Assembly (NCBI RefSeq): GCF_964355755.1
Contig: NW_027306095.1
Location: forward strand, 503,001-567,000
Reading direction: 5' to 3'
From: Antedon mediterranea
Taxonomy: Eukaryota; Animalia; Echinodermata
Length of the DNA stretch: 64,000 bases
Shown here: piece by piece, positions 26,101 to 40,200 of the stretch
How the letters are laid out: each line of letters starts with the position of its first letter
Numbering within the stretch: position 1 is the stretch's first letter
Program-made: the position numbers and the translations under genes
Notes under the pieces: model-generated
The model's database searches: none
What the model saw: the letters and a program-made list of their open reading frames with translations, nothing else
What the model was told of the DNA's origin: nothing

Positions 26101-29100
26101 GTGAAAAGTTTTATCGAAATTCTCAAAATGGTCTAAAACGGTTTCAAATGTGATTTTAAGAACTTTGATGTTTTTGTGTAATCAAGTTTCATCGAAATGC
26201 ACTAAATGGTTTAAAACGTCTGCAAATGCGATTTGAAGCTATTTTGTGCACTTTGATGTTTTTGTGTGAAAAGTTTCATCGAAATGCACAAAATTGTCTA
26301 AAACGTCTCCAAATACGATATTAAGCTATTGTATGCACTTTGATGTTTTTGAGTGAAAAGTTTTTTCGAAATGCACAAAATGGTCTAAAACGTCTCCAAA
26401 TGCGATTTGGAGCTCTTTTGTGCACTTTAATGTTTTGTGTAAAAAGTTTGCTATTTTGTGCACTTTAATGTTTTTGTGTGAAAAGTTTCATCGAAATGCA
26501 CAAAATGGTCTCAAACGTCTGGAAATGCGAGTTAAAGCTATTATGTGCACTTTGTCGTTTTTGTGTGAAAAGTATATTCGAAATGCTCCAAATGGTCTAA
26601 AACGTCTCCAAATGCGATTTGAAGCTATTTTGTGATTTTAAGAACTTTGATGTTTTTGTGTGAAAAGTTTCATCGAAATGCACAAAATGGTCTAAATGCG
26701 ATTTGAAGCTATTTTGTGCACTTTGATGTTTTTTTGTGAAAAGTTTCATCGAAATGCACAAAATGGTCTAAAACGTCTCCAAATACGATATTAAGCTATT
26801 GTATGTATGTTGATGTTTTTGTGTGAAAAGTTTTATCGAAATGCTCAAAATGGTCTAAAACGGTTTCAAATGTGATTTTAAGCACTTTGATGTTTTTGTG
26901 TAATCAAGTTTCATCGAAATGCACAAAATGGTCTAAAACATCTGCAAATGCGATTTTAAGCTATTTTGTGCACTTTCATGTTTTGTGTGAAAAGTTTTAT
27001 CGAAATGCTCAAAATGGTCTAAAACGGTTTCAAATGTGATTTTAAGCACTTTGATATTTTTGTGTAATCAAGTTTCATCGAAATGCACCAAATTGTCTAA
27101 AACGTCTGCAAATGCGATTTGAAGCTATTTTGTGCACTTTGATGTTTTTGTGTGAAAAGTTTCACCAAAATGCACAAAATGGTCTAAAACGTCTCCAAAT
27201 ATGATATTAAGCTATTGTATGCACTTTGTTGTTTTTATCTGAAAAGTTTTCACGAAATGCACAAAATGATCTAAAACGTCTCTAAATGCGATTTGAAGTT
27301 ATTTTGTGCACTTTAATGTTTTGTGTGAAAAGTTTTATCGAAATGCACAAAATGGTCTAAAACGTCTCCAAATGCGATTTGAAGCTATTTTTTGCACTTT
27401 GATGTTTTGTGTGAAAAGTTTCACCAAAATGCACAAAATGGTCTAAAACGTCTCCAAATCCGTTTTGAAGCTAATCTAAGCACTTTGATGTTGTTATGTT
27501 AAACAAGTTTTTTCGAAATGCACAAAATGGTCTAAAACGTCTCCAAATACGATTTGAAGCTCTTTTGTGCACTTTGATGTTTTGTGTAATAAGTTTTATA
27601 GAAACGCACAAAATGGTCTAAAACGGTTTCAAATGTGATTTTAAGCACTTTGATATTTTTGTTTAACCAAGTTTCATCGAAATGCACATAATGGTCTAAA
27701 ACGTCTCCAAATGCGATTTGAAGCTGTTTTTGTGTGAAAAGTTTTTTCGAAATACACAAAATGGTCTAAAACGTCTCCAAATACGATTTGGAACTCTTTT
27801 GTGCACTTTGATGTTTTGTGTCAAAAGTTTTATAGAAATGCCCGAAATGGTCTAAAACGGTTTCAAATGTGATTTTAAGCACTTTGATATTTTTGTGTAA
27901 TCAAGTTTCATCGAAATGCACAAAATGGTCTAAAACGTGTTCAAATGCGATTTGAAGCTATTTTGTGATTTTAAGAACTTTGATATTTTTGTGTAATCAA
28001 GTTTCATCGAATGCACAAACTGGTCTAAACCTCTCAAAATGCGATTTGAAGCTATTTTGTGCACATTGATGTTTTTTTGTGAAAAGTTTCATCGAAATGC
28101 ACAAAACGGTCTAAAACGTCTCTAAATGCGATTTGAAGTTATTTTGTGCACTTTGATGTTTTGTGTGAAAAGTTTTATCGAAATGCTCAAAATGGTCTAA
28201 AACGGTTTCAAATTTGATTTTAAGCACTTTGATATTTTTGTGTAATCAAGTTTCATCGAAATGCACAAAATGGTTTAAAACGTCTGCAAATGCGATTTGA
28301 AGCTATTTTGTGCACTTTGATGTTTTTGTGTGAAAAGTTTCATCGAAATGCACAAAATTGTCTAAAACGTTTCCAAATACGATATTAAGCTATTGTATGC
28401 ACTTTGATGTTTTTGAGTGAAAAGTTTTTTCGAAATGCACAAAATGGTCTAAAACGTCTCCAAATGCGATTTGGAGCTCTTTTGTGCACTTTGATGTTTT
28501 GTGTAAAAAGTTTGCTATTTTGTGCACTTTAATGTTTTGTGTGAAAAGTTTTATCGAAATGCTCAAAATTGTCTAAAACGGTTTCAAATGTGATTTTAAT
28601 CACTTTGATATTTTTGTGTAATCAAGTTTTTTCGAAATGCACAACATGGTCTAAAACGTCTCCAAATGCGATTTGAAGCTATTTTGTGCACTTTGATGTT
28701 TTTGTGTGAAAAGTTTCATCGAAATGCACAAAATGGTCTAAAACGTCTCTAAATGCGATTTGAAGCTATTTTGTGCACTTTGTCGTTTTTGTGTGAAAAG
28801 TTTCATCGAAATGCTCAAAATGGTCTAAAACGTCTCCAAATGCGATTTGAAGCTATATTGTGCACTTTGTCGTTTTTGTGTGAAAAGTTTCATCGAAATG
28901 CTCAAAATGGTCTAAAACGTCTCTAAATGCGATTTGAAGCTATTTTGTGCACTTTGATGTTTTTTTGTGAAAAGTTTCATCGAAATGCACAAAATGGTCT
29001 AAAACGTCTCTAAATGCGATTTGAAGCTATTTTGTGCACTTTGATGTTTTTGTGTGAAAAGTTTCATCGAAATGCACAAAATGGTCTAAAACGTCTCTAA

Positions 29101-29519
29101 ATGCGATTTGAAGCTATTTTGTGCACTTTGATGTTTTTTTGTGAAAAGTTTCACCGAAATGCACAAAATGGACTAAAACGTCTCTAAATGCGATTTGAAG
29201 CTATTTTGTGCACTTTGTCGTTTTTGTGTGAAAAGTTTCATCGAAATGCTCAAAATGGTCTAAAACGTCTCCAAATGCGATTTGAAGAAATTTTGTGCAC
29301 TTTGATGTTTTTGTGTGAAAAGTTTCATCGAAATGCACAAAATGGTCTAAAACGTCTGCAAATGCGATTTGAAGCTATTTTGTGCACTTTGATGTTTTGT
29401 GTAATCCAGTTTCATCGAAATGTACAAAATTGTCTAAAACGTCTCTAAATGCGATTTGAAGCTATTTTGTGCACTTTGTCGTTTTTGTGTGAAAAGTTTT
29501 TTCGAAATGCACAAAATGG

Positions 29520-30380
29520 TCTAAAACGTGTCCAAATGCGATTTGAAGTTATTTTGTGCACTTTGATGTTTTGTGTGAAAAGTTTTATCGAAATGCTCAA
29601 AATGGTCTAAAACGGTTTCAAATGTGATTTTAAGCACCTTGATATTTTTGTGTAATCAAGTTTCATCGAAATGCACAAAATGGTCTAAAACGTCTGCAAA
29701 TGCGATTTGAAGCTATTTTGTGCACTTTGATGGTTTGGGTGAAAAGTTTCATCGAAATTCACAAAATGGTCAAAAATGTCTCCAAATGCGATTTGAAGCT
29801 ATTTTGTGCACTTTGTTGTTTTGTGTGAAAAGTTTCATCGAAATGCACAAAATGGTCTAAAACGGTTTCAAATGTGATTTTAAGCACTTTGATATTTTTG
29901 TGTAATCAAGTTTTTTCGAAATGCACAACATGGTCTAAAACGTCTCCAAATGCGATTTGAAGTTGTTTCGTTCACTTTGATGTTTTTGTTTGAAAAGTTT
30001 CATCGAAATGCACAAAATGGTCTAAAACGTCTCTAAATGCGATTTGAACCTATTTTGTGCACTTTGATGTTTTTGTGTGAAAAGTTTCATCGAAATGCAC
30101 AAAATGGTCTAAAACGTCTCTAAATGCGATTTGAAGCTATTTTGTGCACTTTGTCGTTTTTGTGTGAAAAGTTTCATCGAAATGCTCAAAATGGTCTAAA
30201 ACGTCTCCAAATGCGATTTGAAGCTATTTTGTGCACTTCGATGTTTTTTTCTGAAAAGTTTCATCGAAATGCACAAAATGGTCTAAAACGTCTCTAAATG
30301 CGATTTGAAGCTATTTTGTGCACTTTGATGTTTTTGTGTGAAAAGTTTCATCGAAATGCACAAAATGGTCTTAAACGTCT
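29520..30380 (+). repeat. Diverged satellite block DB2 (about 0.85 kb), first of 4 copies
   Basis: Markers aacgtgtcca, aagcaccttg, gatggtttgggtg, ggtcaaaaatgtc, gaacctatt, ggtcttaaac. Other copies near 42470, 55300 and 59370 (the last lacks two monomers, 174 bp). Confidence 0.85.
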
Positions 30381-31282
30381 CTAAATGCGATTTGAAGCTA
30401 TTTTGTGCACTTTGTCGTTTTTGTGTGAAAAGTTTCATCGAAATGCTCAAAATGGTCTAAAACGTCTCCAAATGCGATTTGAAGCAATTTTGTGCACTTT
30501 GATGTTTTTGTGTGAAAAGTTTCATCGAAATGCACAAAATGGTCTAAAACGTCAGCAAATGCGATTTGAAGCTATTTTGTGCACTTTGATGTTTTTTTGT
30601 GAAAAGTTTCATCGAAAGGCACAAAATTGTCTAAAACGTCTCTAAATGCGATTTGAAGCTATTTTGTGCACTTTGTCGTTTTTGTGTGAAAAGTTTCATC
30701 GAAATGCTCAAAATGGTCTAAAACGTCTCCAAATGCGATTTGAAGCAATTTTGTGCACTTTGATGTTTTTGTGTGAAAAGTTTTTTCGAAATGCACAAAA
30801 TGGTCTAAAACGTCTCCAAATGCGATTTGAAGCAATTTTGTGCACTTTGATGTTTTGTGTAATCCAGTTTCATCGAAATGTACAAAATTGTCTAAAACCT
30901 CTCAAAATGCGATTTGAAGCTATTTTGTGCACTTTGATGTTTTTGTGTGAAAAGTTTCATCGAAATGCACAAAATTGTCTAAAACGTCTCCAAATACGAT
31001 ATTAAGCTATTGTATGCACTTTGATGTTTTTGAGTGAAAAGTTTTTTCGAAATGCACAAAATGGTCTAAAACGTCTCCAAATGCGATTTGGAGCTCTTTT
31101 GTGCACTTTGATGTTTTGTGTAAAAAGTTTGCTATTTTGTGCACTTTAATGTTTTGTGTGAAAAGTTTTATCGAAATGCTCAAAATTGTCTAAAACGGTT
31201 TCAAATGTGATTTTAAGCACTTTGATATTTTTGTGTAATCAAGTTTTTTCGAAATGCACAACATGGTCTAAAACGTCTCCAA

Positions 31283-34200
31283 ATGCGATTTGAAGCTATT
31301 TTGTGCACTTTGATGTTTTTGTGTGAAAAGTTTCATCGAAATGCACAAAATGGTCTCAAACGTCTGGAAATGCGAGTTGAAGCTATTTTGTGCACTTTGT
31401 CGTTTTTGTGTGAAAAGTATATTCGAAATGCTCAAAATGGTCTAAAACGTCTCCAAATGCGATTTGAAGCTATTTTGTGATTTTAAGAACTTTGATGTTT
31501 TTGTGTGAAAAGTTTCATCGAAATGCACAAAATGGTCTAAATGCGATTTGAAGCTATTTTGTGCACTTTGATGTTTTTTTGTGAAAAGTTTCATCGAAAT
31601 GCACAAAATGGTCTAAAACGTCTCCAAATACGATATTAAGCTATTGTATGTATGTTGATGTTTTTGTGTGAAAAGTTTTATCGAAATGCTCAAAATGGTC
31701 TAAAACGGTTTCAAATGTGATTTTAAGCACTTTGATGTTTTTGTGTAATCAAGTTTCATCGAAATGCACAAAATGGTCTAAAACATCTGCAAATGCGATT
31801 TTAAGCTATTTTGTGCACTTTCATGTTTTGTGTGAAAAGTTTTATCGAAATGCTCAAAATGGTCTAAAACGGTTTCAAATGTGATTTTAAGCACTTTGAT
31901 ATTTTTGTGTAATCAAGTTTCATCGAAATGCACCAAATTGTCTAAAACGTCTGCAAATGCGATTTGAAGCTATTTTGTGCACTTTGATGTTTTTGTGTGA
32001 AAAGTTTCATCGAAATGCACAAAATGGTCTAAAACGTCTCCAAATATGATATTAAGCTATTGTATGCACTTTGTTGTTTTTATCTGAAAAGTTTTCACGA
32101 AATGCACAAAAGATCTAAAACGTCTCTAAATGCGATTTGAAGTTATTTTGTGCACTTTAATGTTTTGTGTGAAAAGTTTTATCGAAATGCACAAAATGGT
32201 CTAAAACGTCTCCAAATGCGATTTGAAGCTATTTTGTGCACTTTGATGTTTTGTGTGAAAAGTTTCACCAAAATGCACAAAATGGTCTAAAACGTCTCCA
32301 AATCCGTTTTGAAGCTAATCTAAGCACTTTGATGTTGTTATGTTAAACAAGTTTTTTCGAAATGCACAAAATGGTCTAAAACGTCTCCAAATACGATATA
32401 AGCTCTTTTGTGCACTTTGATGTTTTGTGTAATAAGTTTTATAGAAACGCACAAAATGGTCTAAAACGGTTTCAAATGTTATTTTAAGCACTTTGATATT
32501 TTTGTTTAACCAAGTTTCATCGAAATGCACATAATGGTCTAAAACGTCTCCAAATGCGATTTGAAGCTGTTTTTGTGTGAAAAGTTTTTTCGAAATACAC
32601 AAAATGGTCTAAAACGTCTCCAAATACAATTTGGAACTCTTTTGTGCACTTTGATGTTTTTTGTCAAAAGTTTTATAGAAATGCTCGAAATGGTCTAAAA
32701 CGGTTTCAAATGTGATTTTAAGCACTTTGATATTTTTGTGTAATCAAGTTTCATCGAAATGCACAAAATGGTCTAAAACGTGTTCAAATGCGATTTGAAG
32801 CTATTTTGTGATTTTAAGAATTTTGATATTTTTGTGTAATCAAGTTTCATCGAATGCACAAACTGGTCTAAACCTCTCAAAATGCGATTTGAAGCTATTT
32901 TGTGCACTTTGATGTTTTTGTGTGAAAAGTTTCATCGAAATTCACAAAATTGTCTAAAACGTCTCCAATTACAATATTAAGAAATTCTATGCACTTTGAT
33001 GTTTTTGAGTGAAAAGTTTTTTTCGAAATGCACAAAATGGTCTAAAACGTCTCCAAATGCGATTTGGAGCTCTTTTGTGCACTTTGATGTTTTGTGTAAA
33101 AAGTTTGCTATTTTGTGCACTTTAATGTTTTGTGTGAAAAGTTTTATCGAAATGCTCAAAATTGTCTAAAACGGTTTCAAATGTGATTTTAAGCACTTTG
33201 ATATTTTTGTGTAATCAAGTTTTTTCGAAATGCACAACATGGTCTAAAACGTCTCCAAATGCGATTTGAAGCTATTTTGTGCACTTTGATGTTTTTTTGT
33301 GAAAAATTTCATCGAAATGCACAAAATGGTCTAAAACGTCTCTAAATGCGATTTGAAGTTATTTTGTGCACTTTGATGTTTTGTGTGAAAAGTTTTATCG
33401 AAATGCTCAAAATTGTCTAAAACGGTTTCAAATGTGATTTTAAGCACTTTGATATTTTTGTGTAATCAAGTTTCATCGAAATGCACAAAATGGTCTAAAA
33501 CGTCTGCAAATGCGATTTAAAGCTATTTTGTGCACTTTGATGTTTTGTGTGAAAAGTTTTATCGAAATTCTCAAAATGGTCTAAAACGGTTTCAAATGTG
33601 ATTTTAAGCACTTTGATGTTTTTGTGTAATCAAGTTTCATCGAAATGCACAAAATGGTTTAAAACGTCTGCAAATGCGATTTGAAGCTATTTTGTGCAAT
33701 TTGATGTTTTTGTGTGAAAAGTTTCATCGAAATGCACAAAATTGTCTAAAACGTTTCCAAATACGATATTAAGCTATTGTATGCACTTTGATGTTTTTGA
33801 GTGAAAAGTTTTTTCGAAATGCACAAAATGGTCTAAAATGCGATTTGGAGCTCTTTTGTGCACTTTGATGTTTTGTGTTAAAAGTTTGCTATTTTGTGCA
33901 CTTTAATGTTTTGTGTGAAAACTTTTATCGAAATGCTCAAAATTGTCTAAAACGGTTTCAAATGTGATTTTAATCACTTTGATATTTTTGTGTAATCAAG
34001 TTTTTTCGAAATGCACAATATGGTCTAAAACGTCTCCAAATGCGATTTGAAGCTATTTTGTGCACTTTGATGTTTTTGTGTGAAAAGTTTCATCGAAATG
34101 CACAAAATGGTCTAAAACGTCTCTAAATGCGATTTAAAGCTATTTTGTGCACTTTGATGTTTTTGTGTGAAAAGTTTCATCGAAATGCACAAAATGGTCT

Positions 34201-37200
34201 AAAACGTCTCTAAATGCGATTTCAAGCTATTTTGTGCACTTTGATGTTTTTTTGTGAAAAGTTTCATCGAAATGCACAAAATGGTCTAAAACGTCTCTAA
34301 ATGCGATTTGAAGCTATTTTGTGCACTTTGTCGTTTTTGTGTGAAAAGTTTCATCGAAATGCTCAAAATGGTCTAAAACGGTTTCAAATGTGATTTTGTG
34401 CACTTTGATGTTTTTGTGTAATCAAGTTTCATCGAAATGCACAAAATGGTTTAAAACGTCTGCAAATGCGATTTGAAGCTATTTTGTGCACTTTGATGTT
34501 TTGTGTAATCCAGTTTCATCGAAATGTACAAAATTGTCTAAAACCTCTCAAAATGCGATTTGAAGCTATTTTGTGCACTTTGATGTTTTTGTGTGAAAAG
34601 TTTCATCGAAATGCACAAAATTGTCTAAAACGTCTCCAAATACGATATTAAGCTATTGTATGCACTTTGATGTTTTTGAGTGAAAAGTTTTTTCGAAATG
34701 CACAAAATGGTCTAAAACGTCTCCAAATGCGATTTGGAGCTCTTTTGTGCACTTTGATGTTTTGTGTAAAAAGTTTGCTATTTTGTGCACTTTAATGTTT
34801 TGTGTGAAAAGTCGAAATGCTCAAAATTGTCTAAAACGGTTTCAAATGTGATTTTAAGCACTTTGATATTTTTGTGTAATCAAGTTTTTTCGAAATGCAC
34901 AACATGGTCTAAAACGTCTCCAAATACGATTTGAAGCTCTTTTGTGCACTTTGATGTTTTGTGTAATAAGTTTTATAGAAACGCACAAAATGGTCTAAAA
35001 CGGTTTCAAATGTGATTTTAAGCACTTTGATATTTTTGTTTAACCAAGTTTCATCGAAATGCACATAATGGTCTAAAACGTCTCCAAATGCGATTTGAAG
35101 CTGTTTTTGTGTGAAAAGTTTTTTCGAAATACACAAAATGGTCTAAAACGTCTCCAAATACAATTTGGAACTCTTTTGTGCACTTTGATGTTTTGTGTCA
35201 AAAGTTTTATAGAAATGCTCGAAATGGTCTAAAACGGTTTCAAATGTGATTTTAAGCACTTTGATATTTTTGTGTAATCAAGTTTCATCGAAATGCACAA
35301 AATGGTCTAAAACGTGTTCAAATGCGATTTGAAGCTATTTTGTGATTTTAAGAATTTTGATATTTTTGTGAAATCAAGTTTCATCGAATGCACAAACTGG
35401 TCTAAACCTCTCAAAATGCGATTTGAAGCTATTTTGTGCACTTTCATGTTTTTGTGTGAAAAGTTTCATCGAAATTCACAAAATTGTCTAAAACGTCTCC
35501 AAATACAATATTAAGCAATTGTATGCACTTTGATGTTTTTGAGTGAAAAGTTTTTTTCGAAATGCACAAAATGGTCTAAAACGTCTCCAAATGCGATTTG
35601 GAGCTCTTTTGTGCACTTTGATGTTTTGTGTAAAAAGTTTGCTATTTTGTGCACTTTAATGTTTTGTGTGAAAAGTTTTATCGAAATGCTCATAATTGTT
35701 TAAAACGGTTTCAAATGTGATTTTAAGCACTTTAATATTTTTGTGTAATCAAGTTTTTTCGAAATGCACAACATGGTCTAAAACGTCTCCAAATGCGATT
35801 TGAAGCTATTTTGTGCACTTTGATGTTTTTTTGTGAAAAATTTCATCGAAATGCACAAAATGGTCTAAAACGTCTCTAAATGCGATTTGAAGTTATTTTG
35901 TGCACTTTGATGTTTTGTGTGAAAAGTTTTATCGAAATGCTCAAAATTGTCTAAAACGGTTTCAAATGTGATTTTAAGCACTTTGATATTTTTGTGTAAT
36001 CAAGTTTCATCGAAATGCACAAAATGGTCTAAAACGTCTGCAAATGCGATTTAAAGCTATTTTGTGCACTTTATTGTTTTGTGTGAAAAGTTTTATCGAA
36101 ATTCTCAAAATGGTCTAAAACGGTTTCAAATGTGATTTTAAGCACTTTGATGTTTTTGTGTAATCAAGTTTCATCGAAATGCACAAAATGGTTTAAAACG
36201 TCTGCAAATGCGATTTGAAGCTATTTTGTGCACTTTGATGTTTTTGTGTGAAAAGTTTCATCGAAATGCACAAAATTGTCTAAAACGTTTCCAAATACGA
36301 TATTAAGCTATTGTATGCACTTTGATGTTTTTGAGTGAAAAGTTTTTTCGAAATGCACAAAATGGTCTAAAACGTCTCCAAATGCGATTTGGAGCTCTTT
36401 TGTGCACTTTGATGTTTTGTGTAAAAAGTTTGCTATTTTGTGCACTTTAATGTTTTGTGTGAAAACTTTTATCGAAATGCTCAAAATTGTCTAAAACGGT
36501 TTCAAATGTGATTTTAATCACTTTGATATTTTTGTGTAATCAAGTTTTTTCGAAATGCACAATATGGTCTAAAACGTCTCCAAATGCGATTTGAAGCTAT
36601 TTTGTGCACTTTGATGTTTTTGTGTGAAAAGTTTCATCGAAATGCACAAAATGGTCTAAAACGTCTCTAAATGCGATTTGAAGCTATTTTGTGCACTTTG
36701 ATGTTTTTGTGTGAAAAGTTTCATCGAAATGCACAAAATGGTCTAAAACGTCTCTAAATGCGATTTGAAGCTATTTTGTGCACTTTGATGTTTTTTTGTG
36801 AAAAGTTTCATCGAAATGCACAAAATGGTCTAAAACGTCTCTAAATGCGATTTGAAGCTATTTTGTGCACTTTGTCGTTTTTGTGTGAAAAGTTTCATCG
36901 AAATGCTCAAAATGGTCTAAAACGTCTCCAAATGCGATTTGAAGCAATTTTGTGCACTTTGATGTTTTTGTGTGAAAAGTTTCATCGAAATGCACAAAAT
37001 GGTCTAAAACGTCTGCAAATGCGATTTGAAGCTATTTTGTGCACTTTGTCGTTTTTGTGTGAAAAGTTTTTTCGAAATGCACAAAATGGTCTAAAACGTC
37101 TCCAATTGCGATTTGAAGTTATTTTGTGCACTTTGATGTTTTGTGTGAAAAGTTTTATCGAAATGCTCAAAATGGTCTAAAACGGTTTCAAATGTGATTT

Positions 37201-40200
37201 TAAGCACTTTGATATTTTTGTGTAATCAAGTTTCATCGAAATGCACAAAATGGTCTAAAACGTCTGCAAATGCGATTTAAAGCTATTTTGTGCACTTTAA
37301 TGTTTTGTGTGAAAAGTTTTATCAAAATTCTCAAAATGGTCTAAAACGGTTTCAAATGTGATTTTAAGCACTTTGATGTTTTTGTGTAATCAAGTTTCAT
37401 CGAAATGCAATAAATGGTTTAAAACGTCTGCAAATGCGATTTGAAGCTATTTTGTGCACTTTGATGTTTTTGTGTGAAAAGTTTCATCGAAATGCACAAA
37501 ATTGTCTAAAACGTCTCCAAATACGATATTAAGCTATTGTATGCACTTTGATGTTTTTGAGTGAAAAGTTTTTTCGAAATGCACAAAAGGGTCTAAAACG
37601 TCTCCAAATGCGATTTGGAGCTCTTTTGTGCACTTTGATGTTTTGTGTAAAAAGTTTGCTATTTTGTGCACTTTAATGTTTTGTGTGAAAAGTTTTATCG
37701 AAATGCTCAAAATTGTCTAAAACGGTTTCAAATGTGATTTTAAGCACTTTGATATTTTTGTGTAATCAAGTTTTTTCGAAATGCACAACATGGTCTTAAA
37801 CGTCTCCAAATGCGATTTGAAGCTATTTTGTGCACTTTGATGTTTTTGTGTGAAAAGTTTCATCGAAATGCACAAAATGGTCTAAAACGTCTCTAAATGC
37901 GATTTGAAGCTATTTTGTGCACTTTGATGTTTTTGTGTGAAAAGTTTCATCGAAATGCACAAAATGGTCTAAAACGTCTCTAAATGCGATTTGAAGCTAT
38001 TTTGTGCACTTTGTCGTTTTTGTGTGAAAAGTTTCATCGAAATGTACAAAATTGTCTAAAACCTCTCAAAATGCGATTTGAAGCTATTTTGTGCACTTTG
38101 ATGTTTTTGTGTGAAAAGTTTCATCGAAATGCACAAAATGGTCTAAAACGTCTCTAAATGCGATTTGAAGCTATTTTGTGCACTTTGTCGTTTTTGTGTG
38201 AAAAGTTTCATCGAAATGCTCAAAATGGTCTAAAACGTCTCCAAATGCGATTTGAAGCAATTTTGTGCAAATTGATGTTTTTGTGTGAAAAGTTTCATCG
38301 AAATGCACAAAATGGTCTAAAACGTCTGCAAATGCGATTTGAAGCTATTTTGTGCACTTTGACGTTTTTTTGTGAAAAGTTTCATCGAAATGCACAAAAT
38401 TGTCTAAAACGTCTCTAAATGCGATTTGAAGCTATTTTGTGTACTTTGTCGTTTTTGTGTGAAAAGTTTCATCGAAATGCTCAAAATGGTCTAAAACGTC
38501 TCCAAATGCGATTTGAAGCAATTTTGTGCACTTTGATGTTTTTGTGTGAAAAGTTTCATCGAAATGCACAAAATGGTCTAAAACGTCTGCAAATGCGATT
38601 TGAAGCTATTTTGTGCACTTTGTCGTTTTTGTGTGAAAAATTTTTTCGAAATGCACAAAATGGTCTAAAACGTCTCCAATTGCGATTTGAAGTTATTTTG
38701 TGCACTTTGATGTTTTGTGTGAAAAGTTTTATCGAAATGCTCAAAATGGTCTAAAACGGTTTCAAATGTGATTTTAAGCACTTTGATATTTTTGTGTAAT
38801 CAAGTTTCATCGAAATGCACAAAATGGTCTAAAACGTCTGCAAATGCGATTTAAAGCTATTTTGTGCACTTTAATGTTTTGTGTGAAAAGTTTTATCGAA
38901 ATTCTCAAAATGGTCTAAAACGGTTTCAAATGTGATTTTAAGAACTTTGATGTTTTTGTGTAATCAAGTTTCATCGAAATGCACTAAATGGTTTAAAACG
39001 TCTGCAAATGCGATTTGAAGCTATTTTGTGCACTTTGATGTTTTTGTGTGAAAAGTTTCATCGAAATGCACAAAATTGTCTAAAACGTCTCCAAATACGA
39101 TATTAAGCTATTGTATGCACTTTGATGTTTTTGAGTGAAAAGTTTTTTCGAAATGCACAAAATGGTCTAAAACGTCTCCAAATGCGATTTGGAGCTCTTT
39201 TGTGCACTTTAATGTTTTGTGTAAAAAGTTTGCTATTTTGTGCACTTTAATGTTTTTGTGTGAAAAGTTTCATCGAAATGCACAAAATGGTCTCAAACGT
39301 CTGGAAATGCGAGTTAAAGCTATTATGTGCACTTTGTCGTTTTTGTGTGAAAAGTATATTCGAAATGCTCCAAATGGTCTAAAACGTCTCCAAATGCGAT
39401 TTGAAGCTATTTTGTGATTTTAAGAACTTTGATGTTTTTGTGTGAAAAGTTTCATCGAAATGCACAAAATGGTCTAAATGCGATTTGAAGCTATTTTGTG
39501 CACTTTGATGTTTTTTTGTGAAAAGTTTCATCGAAATGCACAAAATGGTCTAAAACGTCTCCAAATACGATATTAAGCTATTGTATGTATGTTGATGTTT
39601 TTGTGTGAAAAGTTTTATCGAAATGCTCAAAATGGTCTAAAACGGTTTCAAATGTGATTTTAAGCACTTTGATGTTTTTGTGTAATCAAGTTTCATCGAA
39701 ATGCACAAAATGGTCTAAAACATCTGCAAATGCGATTTTAAGCTATTTTGTGCACTTTCATGTTTTGTGTGAAAAGTTTTATCGAAATGCTCAAAATGGT
39801 CTAAAACGGTTTCAAATGTGATTTTAAGCACTTTGATATTTTTGTGTAATCAAGTTTCATCGAAATGCACCAAATTGTCTAAAACGTCTGCAAATGCGAT
39901 TTGAAGCTATTTTGTGCACTTTGATGTTTTTGTGTGAAAAGTTTCACCAAAATGCACAAAATGGTCTAAAACGTCTCCAAATATGATATTAAGCTATTGT
40001 ATGCACTTTGTTGTTTTTATCTGAAAAGTTTTCACGAAATGCACAAAATGATCTAAAACGTCTCTAAATGCGATTTGAAGTTATTTTGTGCACTTTAATG
40101 TTTTGTGTGAAAAGTTTTATCGAAATGCACAAAATGGTCTAAAACGTCTCCAAATGCGATTTGAAGCTATTTTTTGCACTTTGATGTTTTGTGTGAAAAG

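Larger units (their letters stand above)
18501..31282 (+). repeat. 12.8-kb super-repeat, copy 1 (12,782 bp)
   Basis: ORF-track landmarks 18501, 19533, 20195, 21684, 24063, 26420 and 27532 all recur at +12782. Confidence 0.92.
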
